A DNA stretch of 64,000 nucleotides. Origin: Mobula hypostoma. Its lineage: Eukaryota. The stretch spans positions 82,772,001 through 82,836,000 of the forward strand of contig NC_086108.1 of assembly GCF_963921235.1 (NCBI RefSeq), in the 5' to 3' direction. The notes beneath the pieces are model-generated. The model made no database searches and had not been told where the DNA came from. It was given only the letters and a program-made list of their open reading frames with translations. The translations under genes were made by a program, and so were the position numbers. Of this stretch, positions 1 to 11,400 are shown one piece after another (the stretch's first letter is position 1; each line of letters opens with the position of its first letter).

Positions 1-259
1 TTGACATTTCAAGCACAATCTCCAATGTGCTTTGTAGACTAGATTTGCACGTTTTACAATTTTTCCAAGGTGAGAAGTTCATGGATAGGCAGGAGGAAAA
101 TGAAGGTGAGAGGTTTGGTGAAAAGGTAGAGCATGTATGTGTTATGTGAAGTTATCTCCTCTAGCATTTTGATGCTGTTAGCATCAAAACAGATCATTTG
201 AACTCCAAAACTGAGGCTTCACTATTTCATGCAAATTCACATTCAGGTTTAACAAACAT

Positions 260-572
260 TCTAAGACTGGGGGGCGGGTGGGGTGTTCTAAACCTGAGTC
301 TAGGATATGAGGGCATAGCCTCAGAATAGAGGAATATCTTTAGCCAGAGAATGGTGAGTCTGTGGAATTCGTTGCCACATACAGCAGTGGTGACCACGTC
401 ACTGGGTATACCTAAAGCAGAGGTAGTGAGGTTCTTGATTAATAAAAGTATCAAAAGTTATGAGAAGGCAGGAGAATGGGATTGAGAGGGAAAATAAATC
501 AGCCATGATGGAATGGAAGAGCAGACTCAATGAGCTGAATGGACTATTTCTGCTCCTATATCTCATGGTCTA
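260..572 (+). mobile_element. CR1-type LINE 3' end fragment
   Basis: Degenerate match to the 3' end of the young CR1 at 53950-54267 (TTTAGCCAGAGAATGGTGAGTCTGTGGAATTC ... TCTGCTCCTATATCTCATGGTCT). Confidence 0.75.
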
Positions 573-1537
573 AATTGTAGCCACTTCAGATGAAGTGACT
601 TGCCAGATGTGCTCTAAATATAATTCCACAAGCAAAAATTGAGAAGGCTGCAAAATCAGAAGTCTGCATAGCATCATAAATGGATTCAGGTGCATGTTTA
701 ATATGGGATTGTTAACCCACTACTTTCAGTCAAATGCTAATTTATGGGCTCAGCAGTGTCCTGAACAGATTCCTGTAGAGCGCATGCTTCTCATCCACTC
801 TGAGTCATTTCATGTTTCAGAAACTAGCACTAACTTAGCCTGGCATTGTTCAACTTATTTAGACTGCTCTAATCTGCTTTTATTGAACTGGTCCCTGGAT
901 TCAAACTTTTTCCGATAAGTCTGGATTTCCAAATCTCCGCGGATTTTGAGTGTTTGTTTATCAAAGTAGCCTTTAGAAAAAGGGCTTACTCTTTAAGATG
1001 AAAAAAAATGTGGGAAGCTAATGCAGAGACTTTCATGTCTATAGCGTACTCGCTGTCCCTAAGCTCTGCCGGAGCAGCTGGGCTGTCCTCTGTTTCCTCA
1101 GGGGGATTATCAGCCCCTCAGCCCATAGCACTCTGCATACAATGGGAAATATGACAGCTCACTTAATCGCTTGACTCCCTAATCCACACAGATTTATTGG
1201 GATTTATCATTTTATCACGGCTTAGTAAATACTTTTCCTTATGCTTTTTATTGTGAATATATAGTTAGTAAAGCAACCTTCTGAATGCTGCTCTGTGCTT
1301 TTTTGGGGTTGCTAGTGTCAATGCTTTGATGGAGTTACAGAAATGAATCTACCTCTGAGTATCAGGAGATGCTGTCACTAACATTCAGAAGAGTTTGTTT
1401 CAAATTCATACGCAGGGAGGCTTGGATATCTCCATAATTAGTGAGAGCAATATTCATGGAGAGTTAGTTATGTACCTGGCACTAAAGTATTTAAAAATAT
1501 TTTGGGCTGAGGTGGTTACTATTATGAAAACCAGTTT

Positions 1538-1785
1538 AGACCAGAAGACCATTAGACGTATGAACAGAGTTAGAGCATTTGACCCATCGAGTCTGCTCCA
1601 CCATACAATCAGGGGTTATTTTTATTCCCCTCAACCCTACTCTCCTGCCTTCTCCCCAGAACCTTTGATGCCCTTACTAATCAAGAACACATCAACCGCG
1701 GCTTTAAATACACCCAGTGACATAGCCTCCACAGCCACCTTTGGGAACAAATTCTACAGATTCACCACCCCGTGGCTAAGAAAAT
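1538..1785 (-). mobile_element. CR1-type LINE 3' end fragment
   Basis: Reverse-complement similarity to the CR1 tails at 260-572 and 63058-63465. Confidence 0.75.
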
Positions 1786-1807
1786 TAATTTAATATTGAA
1801 ATATAAC

Positions 1808-2029
1808 AAACAGCAGGAATTTTGCAGATGCTGGAAATTCAAGCAACACACATCAAAGTTGCTGGTGAACGCAGCAGGCCAGGCAACATCTCTAGGAAGA
1901 GGTACAGTCGACGTTTCAGACCAAGACCCTTCGTCAGGACTCAGCCTGAAACGTCGACTGTATCTCTTCCTAGAGATGCTGCCTGGCCTGCTGCGTTCAC
2001 CAGCAACTTTGATGTGTGTTGCTTGAAAT
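1808..2029. mobile_element. Penelope-like element (PLE)-derived fold-back element with 82-bp inverted arms
   Basis: Arms 1838-1919 and 1946-2027 are reverse complements with 2 mismatches around a 26-nt spacer. The sequence is homologous to the terminus of the PLE at 9644-9745. Confidence 0.8.
1903..1941 (-). ncRNA. Minimal type I hammerhead ribozyme motif (PLE type)
   Basis: Minus strand reads AGTC-CTGACGA-AGGGTCTTGGTCT-GAAAC-GTC-GACT: CUGANGA core, helix II, GAAA, GUC cleavage triplet, and AGTC/GACT forming helix I. Confidence 0.6.
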
Positions 2030-2809
2030 ATAGCAGTTCTGTTTGACCAAAATGCTGAACAGCACACCTGGATAATGATAATTGATTGGATGTGCATCCA
2101 TGTCTGGATTTTTATGAATGAGGCTGTGTGATCATACCTAATGAGCAGATTCAGTATTTCAACAGAGCCTATCACACTCCTCCAATCTGCTCACCATTTG
2201 ATATAGAAATGTATCACTGTCGCAGGCCTTAAACCTGGAACTCCTTCCTCAACAGCATTGTGAAAATACCAATAATTCAACAAAGGGGTGGAAATTTCTT
2301 GAGGGCATTTGGATGTGGCCAATAAATACTGGCCTTGTGAGTGATAACCAGCTCCACAAAATATTAATAAATTCAAAGAAATTCCCCAGATTTATTGAAG
2401 GCTGTTGATGAAGGCGGATGTCACGTTCATATATGATTGGAGCTTAGAGTGGGAGAGCACATGCTGTACAGTGTCAGGATTGTTAGGGAATGATGCAAGG
2501 AGTTAGAGCAGGCATCTACGAATTTTCCCTGGAAGTCCTGAACAGCTGGCAAAATGGCACTAGCATATAATCACCTTCCAAATTCAGTATTGGTGTAGAG
2601 TTACTTATATAGATTGTAAATGAATATTGTTGTTCTAAATGTTGATCATTTCTGTAAGGTAGTCTCTTTTATAAGGATGTCATCAGAATAATTTTTGTTT
2701 GGGTTGCAATAATGTTTTGTAAAATGTTCCAAAGAAGAATCTTATGAAGAGCTCTTGAACTTTTTTGCTTGAGTTCTGCATGATATACATCAAGAACCTA
2801 TTAAGGACA

Positions 2810-3837
2810 TGACAAAAATAGGCTCAAAGTAATTGAGGTAGTCAGGTGACTACATGTGAGAAGCCAGGGAAAACATTGTTGGGGGTTTGGCAAAAATGTT
2901 TTTATCATTGCTAGCCATGGACAAGGCACTGGAAGATTGGAAGGATGGCTAATCTTGTTCCTTTATTTATGAAGGGCTGCAAGGATAAGTCATGGAACTA
3001 CACAATGGTGAACTTTACTGTGATGGAAAAGTTACTGGAGGGGATCTTGAGTGATAGGGTCAAACTGAACTTTGTAAGGAAATAAATGTTTAGTAATAGT
3101 CACCATGGCTTTGTTTGTGGGAAATCAAGTCTCACAAATTTGATCAAATTTTTTGAAGAGGTGACCAAAAGGATTCACATAATCTACTTGGACTTTATAG
3201 CAATTCTGATAAAACCTCACATATTAGGTTGCTCCAGAAGGTTGGATTACATGGGATGCAGAGTGAGCTAGCCAAATAGATAAACAATTAGTTTGGTGGA
3301 AGGAATCAGAGACTGATAGTCGAGGACTCTGTTGCAGATTGGACAACTGTGACGAGCAGTATGATGCAAAGATTGGTGCTAAGTCCATTGTTATTAGTCA
3401 TCTATAATGGTGCTTTAGATGAGGATATAGTTGGCATGGTTAGTAAATTTGTAGATGATGCTAAAGTTCACGTTATAATGGCCAGTGAAGAAGTTTATTT
3501 AAGATCGCAGTAGGATGTAGAACAATTAGGAAAGTAGGCCAAGGAAAAGCAGATGGAATTTAACTTTGACAAGTACGAAGTGTTGCATTTTGGTATGTTA
3601 AACCAGGACAGGACTTACACAGTAAATGAAAGGGCTCTGGAACATGTTGTAGAAGGAGTGACAAGTGTGCAGTTCTCTGAAAGTAGCACCACAAGTAGAA
3701 AAAGTGGTGAAGGAGAAATTTGGCAAACTTGTTTTCATCAGCTGGGGCACTGAGTACAGGAGTAGGGATGCCATGTTATGACTGTATAGGATATTGAGGA
3801 GATCGCACTTGAAGTATTTCGTTCATTTCTGGTTGTC
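2810..3837 (+). mobile_element. Old degraded CR1 LINE ORF2 (RT) fragment
   Basis: Translated remnants HGFVCGKSSLTNLIKFFEEVT, YLDF and MEFNFDKYEVLHFG, with many stops. It is interrupted by the younger CR1 at 3838. Confidence 0.8.
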
Positions 3838-5906
3838 CATAGAAACATAGAAAATAGATGCAGGAGTAGGCCATTCGGCCCTTCAAGCCTGCACCACCAT
3901 TCAGTATGATCATGGATGATCATCCAACTCAGAACCCTGTACCAGCCTTCTCTCCATACCCCCTGATCCCTTTAGCCACCAGGGCCATATCTAACTCACT
4001 CTTAAATATAGCCAATGAACTGGCCTCAACTGTTTCCTGTGGCAGAGAATTCCACAGATTCACCACTCTCTGTGTGAAGAAGTTTTTCCTCATTTCGGTC
4101 CCAAAAGGCTTCCCTTTTATCCTCAAACTGTGACCCCTCGTTCTGGACTTCCCCAACATCAGGAACAATCTTCCTACATCTAGCCTGTGCAATTCCTTTA
4201 GAATTTTATATGTTTCAATAAGATCTTCCCTCAATCTAAATTCCAGAGAGTATAAGCCTAGTCGATCTAGTTTTTTATCATATGAAAGTCCTGCCATCCC
4301 AGGAATCAATCTGGTGAACCTTCTTTGTACTCCCTCTATGGCAAGGACTCCCTCGGATTAGGGGACCAAAACTGCACACAATACTCCAGGTGTGGTCTCA
4401 CCAAGGCCTTGTACAACTGCAGTAGTACCTCCCTGCTCCTGCACTCGAATCCTCTTGCTATGAATACCAGCATACCATTTGCCTTTTTCACCGCCTGCTG
4501 TACCTGCATGCCCACTTTCAATGACTGGTGTACAATGACACCCAGGTCTCGTTGCACCTCCCCTTTTCCTAATCGGCCACCATTCAGATAATAATCTGTT
4601 TTCCTGTTCTTGCCACCAAAGTGGATAACTTCACATTTATCCACATTAAATTGCATCTGCCATGAATTTGCCCACTCACCCAACCTATCCAAGTCACCCT
4701 GCATCCTCTTAGCATCCTCCTCACAGCTAACACTGCCGCCCAGCTTCGTGTCATCTGCAAACTTGGATATGCTGCATTTAATTCCCTCATTAATATACAA
4801 GTCATTAATATATATTGTAAACAACTGGGGTCCCAGCACTGAGCCTTGGGGTACCCCACTAGTCACTGCCTGCCATTCTGAAAAGGTCCCATTTATTCCC
4901 ACTCTTTGCTTCCTGTCTGCCAACTATCCAAATCAGTACCATGTGCTTTAAATTTGCACACTAATCTCCTGTGTGGGAACTTGTCAAAAGCCTTTTGAAA
5001 ATCCAAATATACCACGTCCACTGGTTCTCCCCTATCCACTCTACTAGTTACATCCTCAAAAAATTCTATGAGATTTGTCAGACATGATTTTCCTTTCACA
5101 AATCCATGCTGACTTAGTCCGATGATTTCACTGCTTTCCAAATGTGCTGTTATCACATCTTTGATAATTGACTCTAGCATTTTCCCCACCACTGATGTCA
5201 GGCTTACTGGTCTATAATTCCCCGGTTTCTCTCTCCCTCCTTTTTTAAAAAGTGGGGTTACATTAGCCAGCCTCCAGTCCTCAGGAACTAATCCAGAATC
5301 TAAAGAGTTTTGAAAAATTATCACTAATGCATCCACTATTTCTTGGGCTACTTCCTTAAGCACTCTGGGATGCAGACCATCTGGCCCTAGGGATTTATCT
5401 GCCTTTAATCCCTTCAATTTCCCTAACACCTCTTCCCTACTAACATGTATTTCCCTCAGTTCCCTCATCTCACTAGACCCTCGGTCCCCTGTTATTTCTG
5501 GAAGATTATTTACGTCCTCCTTAGTGAAGACAGAACCAAAGTAGTTATTCAACTGGTCTGCCATGTCCTTGTTCCCCATGATCAATTCACCTGTTTCTGA
5601 CTGTAAGGGACCTACATTTGTCTTAACCAATCTTTTTCTTTTCACATATCTATAAAAGCTTTTACAGTCAGCTTTTAATGTTCCCTGCCAGCTTTCTCTC
5701 ATAATCTTTTTTCCCTTTCCTAATTAAGCCCTTTGTCCTCCTCTGCTGGACTCTGAATTTCTCCCAGTCCTCAGGTGTGCCCCTTTTTCTGGCTAATTTG
5801 TATGTTTCTTCTTTGGAATTGATACTATCCCTAATTTCCCTTGTCAGCCATGGGTGCACTACCTTCCCTGGTTTATTCTTTTGGCAAGCTGGGATGAACA
5901 ATTGTT
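3838..5906 (-). mobile_element. 5'-truncated CR1 LINE, same subfamily as 51767-54267, frameshifted
   Basis: ORFs 4893-5702, 4336-4923 and 3929-4309 encode RT motifs (YRPVSLTS, YLDFQKAFD, GVPQGSVLGP, FADDTK). (CATAGAAA)2 tail at 3838-3853. Confidence 0.95.
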
Positions 5907-6919
5907 TCTATTGGAAGGAATCATTAGTTGGAAATGGATTGTCATGTGAGTTTGATAAAAGTTAGAACTTTACGAGAAATCAGGAGAAATGATTAATGGC
6001 TACAAATAAAACTTCAATGTACTGTAGATCAGGCACAATGCAATAGATCTGTGTGTGAACTAATGCATATCTGATCCAAGTGACTCAAGATTTAACTTTG
6101 AATAATTATGCAAGATGTCAGGTATGCATTTGCATGTAGTTGTTGAATATTGGAATCTTGGCACATCCCCGGCGTGTGCTTTTCCTAACCAAATACTAAC
6201 CAGGTAATCAGCAGAAAACCTAGTCTGAAGGTCAAACGGTCAAGTCAGCAGTGCACCCTTCTGCCATGAAATGAAGATAAGTCATTGCCATGAACTTTCT
6301 GAAATGCATGATGAACCAAGGTGCTGATCATCAGATTGGACTGAGCTAAAAAGATAGAGAAGGAAAAAGAATGGCTCATTAAACACATAACACCTACACA
6401 TTGAGAAGGAGATGGATTCATGGAACCACAGGGCCATACAGCACAGAAATTTGCCTATCACATCCATGCTGGGTTCTTTGCCAATCTACACTAATCCCAT
6501 TTGCTTGCACTAGCATTGTAGTCTTCTATGCCTTGTCTATTAAAATGTCTGTCTAAATGCCTCTTAATTGTAACTGATTGCCATACCTCTTCTGGCAGCA
6601 CTTCCTAGATATCAACTAACAAGGAAGCATGCCTCATGAACACTTTGGAATTATATGTAAGAGAGATGTATTTCTTTCACGGCTATTCATGGAGATTACA
6701 AAGGCTGGCAGGGTCAATGCAGTCCTCAATAACCAATGCATTATAATAATTGTACCATATGTTAAAGATGGTGAAATGGAATAAAGATCATGGTTGTCTA
6801 GTGGGGCTGCTGAACCCCAGATAAGTACTGATGTCCCTTATATTCAGCACTAAGAAGCTCCATGGTGAGTTAGTGTCTACAGTGCTCAGGAAACTCCATT
6901 GCTAAACCGCAATATTGAA

Positions 6920-7370
6920 ATGATGTGGAAGCTTTGAAGAGGACACTGCTTGGAAAGGAAAGCATGTCTTATGAGGATAGGTTGAGCGAGCCAGCACTTC
7001 ATTCTTTGGGGCAAAGATGGATGAAAGATAATTTGATAGAGGTGCACAAGGTGGACAGCCGGAGTCATTTTCCCAGGTGGAAGTGGCTAATACAAGAGGG
7101 CAGAATTTTAATTTGATGGAACAAAAGTATTCGGGGGATGTGAGAGGTAAGTTTATTTTTACTCATGAATTGTGGGTGTGTGGAATGCACTGCCAGGGCT
7201 GGTGCTAGAGGCAGATACACCAGGGATATTTAAGGGACTCTTAGATAGGCGGATGGATGGTAGAAAAATGGAGGGCTGTGTAGGAGGGAAGGGTTAGATT
7301 GATTTCAGAACAGGTTAAAGGTCAGCACAACATTGTGGGCTGAAAGGCCTTTACTGAGCTATCTATGTAA
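6920..7370 (+). mobile_element. CR1 LINE 3' fragment
   Basis: MSYEDRL...DNLIEV remnant followed by a CR1-like 3' UTR. Confidence 0.7.
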
Positions 7371-7489
7371 CCACTTTTTCAGGAAAATGGTGTAATGCTC
7401 AGCACTGTTGAAATATGACTACTGAAATATTTACTTTCTATTAAAGAACAAATCAGGGCTATTTTTTTAGATCTATACATTCCAGAATA

Positions 7490-8075
7490 AAGTGGATGCT
7501 GGTTAATTGGGACACATCGGGACCAGTATATTTTGGCCCAGTTAAGTGGCTGCCCCAATTAGCTGAAGCTGCATGGAAATAGTTTTAAAAAGTATACAAA
7601 AGACAAACTGAGTAACAAATTATCTATTTAAATGAATTACAAAACAATTCTTCGTAGTTTCCAACTTGCTGAAATAGCAAGGTTGTATTTTCACACCCGA
7701 CCGTTTCTGGCATACCCAGTCAGAATGCTTGAAACCACAGTGAACAGAGCAGTTATGAATTGTCTCACTGCTTATTCCTCGCCAACTATCAGTGACAAAA
7801 ATTGCTGCTTTTTGAACACAAACATGCAACTGAAGCTACCCAAAAACTGTTCACTCAAAGCACAATGTTATTAATAATGGCCACGCAAGTGCATGCGACT
7901 GATGTTAGTTAGAAACTGTTTGGCAACATTCTGCTGGAGCAATTAAGTGCCGTAATGTCCCAAATAAACAAAGAAAATCCCAGCTATTTTCTCGATTAGT
8001 TTTTGTTCTTTAAGAGTTGACCCAAATAAGCAGCAGCCCTGATTAACTGATGGCTCAATTAACCAGAATCCATTG
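7490..8075 (-). mobile_element. Non-autonomous Tigger/pogo DNA transposon
   Basis: Imperfect TIRs (AAGTGGATGCTGGTTAATTG / CAATTAACCAGAATCCATTG) flanked by TA at 7488-7489 and 8076-8077. Internal remnant AAIFVTDSWRGISSETIHNCSVHCGF resembles the pogo transposase C-terminus. Confidence 0.75.
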
Positions 8076-8490
8076 TATTTGGTATTTATTCCAGATAGAG
8101 TGAATTTTGACTAATTGTTTCATGGTAGTTCAACTGCAGCAAACTTTCATGCTTTCACAAAGTCCACAGTTTTCGGGAAACAGAGGTTTAATCAAGAGAA
8201 AAAATGGTGAGCAAAACCTGAAGAGAGAATTAGGAAGGGAAATTTGAACAAAGCAGAGATACCTAGAAAGCCTGGAAAGTAATCCTCAAACAGTAGTGCT
8301 AAATGCACAGTATCATTGAGGCTGTGCATTCAATCCTGCTTCAAACATTCCATTTCGATCAGAATGTTTAAAAGGATAGTTTTGAGCTACTTCTAACAAC
8401 TGAGTAGCATTATTTCTTAATTTTAAGAGGTTTCGAACAATATGCGGATACATTTCCATGAATCAGAAAAAATCCTTATCATAAATGCTA

Positions 8491-11400
8491 TGTTTTGTAA
8501 CTCCAGAAATTAATCAAAAAAAAATACAGGAGCCCGGGATAACTTGTCCACTTAGTAAGACGCTCGTGCAGTGCTTAGATATATACCCACTAATGAATTA
8601 TGTAAACAACAAAATGCTTAATTAAACAATAGATGTGCAATATTACTCAAATATTACTGAAATGCTAAATACACTACACACCTCCCTTCTTAGTTATAAT
8701 CTCCAAATCAATATAGAATACATCTCAACTCAGTTAGTGCAAGGGACAGCTCACGAACCTCATAGGCTGCAGAGTTGTTGGTTGTGGAGTGTGCTGTTCT
8801 TGGCATCTTCTGGACTTGTTGGCATCTCAAACTGTGCATGGCAAGCTGCTTGATCTGCTGACCTATCCCAGGACACCAGACACAGCTTCAAGCTAATTCT
8901 TTCATTTTGACCATGCCTAGATAACTGGACTATACTGTGCCCTCTCCAACATGTTAGCTCTCCGCTTGGATGGTGCAAAAACTCTCAATCCCCACATAAG
9001 GAAACTGGAATTTCTGCTGCACGTTCCAGCCATTATGGTTTGCCATGCAGATCTGAGACAGTGCGGGGTCTTTTCTGGTTTCCCTTTGGATAATCTCAGT
9101 CATAATAATCAGACTTCTGATTTGCATTTGGGAGAATATGTCAAGAGGAGTGTCCTCTTTTGTAAGTTCTTAAAATCCTTTTTTCAAGGCTGAATGGGAC
9201 AATCCATCAGCATTTCCATGATTAGCCATCCACTTGAATTCAATCTTGTAATTGTGCCCTTCAGGAAACAGAGTCCATCTCTGTGCTCGTGCTGCAGCTG
9301 TTAATGAAACACCCTTCAGATGATTGAAAATAGACACTTGTGGTTGGTGGTCAGTAATGAGGGTAAACTCTCTCATTCAAATACTTGTTGAAATGTTTAC
9401 ACTCCAAACCAGACTCAAGGCTTCTCTGTCAATTATGCATAAGTTTTTCTCTGCATTCATAAGAGAAAGGCTATGACATATTCCATCACCTGTAACATGA
9501 GACAGGACTGCACCTATAGAGTAAGGCAAGGCATCTCAAGCAAGTTTTGCTGGATGATGTGGGTTATAATGTTTGTGTATTGTGTACAGTGTCTGATGTC
9601 ATCATTTCCTTTTGGAAAGCCACCCCACACTGCTTCTTCCATTGCAACACACACAAAATGCTGCAGGAACTCAGCAGGTCAGGCAGCGTCTATGGAAATG
9701 AATAGATAATTAATGTTTCAGGCCGAGACCCTTCTTCAGGACTGAGAAACAAGGGGAAAGATGCCAGTATAAAGAGATGGAGGGGAGGAGAAGGAGGCTA
9801 GCTGGAAGGTGATAGAGAAAACCAGGTGAGTGGGAAAAGTCAAAGGTTTTAGAAGACGGAATCTGATAGGACTGGAGAGTGGACAATAGGAGAAAGAGAA
9901 GGAGGAAGGGGGCCTAGGGGGAAGTAATAGGTGAAAAGTGGTAAAAGACCAGAGTGGGGAATAGAGGAGGGGAGAGGAATTTGTTTACCGGAAGGAGAAA
10001 TTGTTGTTCATGCATCAGGTTGGAGGTGACCCAAACAGAATAAAAGGCATTGCTCCTCCACGTTGACGGTGGCCGCACTTTGGCACAAGTTGGCCCGACT
10101 TGTCAGAATGGGAATGGGAATTAAAATGTTCAGCCTCCAGGAATTCCGGCTTGTGGTGGATGGAATGGACATGCGCAATGAAGCAGTCCCCCAGTTTGAG
10201 ACAGGGGTCTCACTAATGTAGAGGAGGTCACATCAGGAGAACCAGACACAATAGACAATCCCAGCAGATTTGCAGGTGAAGTGTTACCTCACCTAGAACG
10301 GGGCCCTGAATGGAGGTGAGGGTAGAGGAGAATGGCAGATGTAGCACTTAAGCTGCTTGCAGGGATAAGAGCCAGAAGGGAGATTAGTGGGGAGGGACTA
10401 GTAGACAGGGGAATCGTGGAGTCAACGATCACCGTGGAACGTGGTGGTGGTGCGGGTGGCGGGAAGGGAGGTGAAGATATGTTTAGTGGTAGGATCCCTT
10501 TGGAGATGGCAGAAGTTGTGGAGGATAATGAGGCTAATGGGGTGGTAGGTGAGGACAAGAGGAACTCTATCATTGTTAAGGTGGTGGTAAGATGGAGTTA
10601 GCGTGGATGTCTGGGAAATGGAGGAAATGTGGGTGAAGGCAGCATTAGTAGTGGAGGGAGGGGAACAGCATTCTTTAAAGAAGGAGGACAACACAGAGGT
10701 CCTGGAATGGAAAGCTGCAGAGCAGATGTGGCAGAGGCGAAGGAACTGAATAGCATTTTCACAGGCAATAGGACAGGAAGAGGTATAATTAAGATAACCA
10801 TAGGAATCAGCAGGTTTATAAAAGATGTTGATTGCCAGTTTATCTCTAGGGATGGAGACAGAAGTTTGAGAAAGGGGAGGGAGGTGTCAGAGATGGACCA
10901 AGTGAATACAAGGGCAGGGTGGAATTTAGAGGCGAAGTTGATGAATTGACAAGCTCAGAATGGGTGCATGAGGCAGCACCAATAGCGTCATCAGTGTAGT
11001 GGAAGAAGAGTTGGGGAGTATTACTGGGGAAGGATTCAACACACCCAACAAAGAAGCAGGCATAGCTGCAGGCCATGTGAGTGCCCATGGTTACCCCTTA
11101 AATTTAGAGAAAGTGGGAGAAGCCGGAGCAAAAATTGCTCAGTGTGAGGACCAGTTCTACCAGACAGAGGAGGGCAGTGGCTCAGTGGAATTGGTTGGTT
11201 GCTTTGTCAATAAAGAAGCAGAGAGCTTTGAGTCCTCCTTGATGGGGTATAGTAGTGTATAAGGACTGAACATCCATGGTGAAGATGAGGTGGTCTGGTC
11301 CAGGGAATTGAAAGCTATTGAATGTTCCTTGTCATCCTCATTGGTAACCATTAGATCATCCAGGTACCACTGTGTGTCTGCGCAGCCGTGTCGCACCTCA

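Noticed and set aside
1838..2027. MITE or pre-miRNA
   Set aside because: The arms are homologous to the Penelope terminus at 9644, and I see no DNA-transposon TIR/TSD signature.
1762..2175. Overlapping ORFs with similar peptides on both strands
   Set aside because: This is a by-product of the palindrome, with no evidence of coding function.
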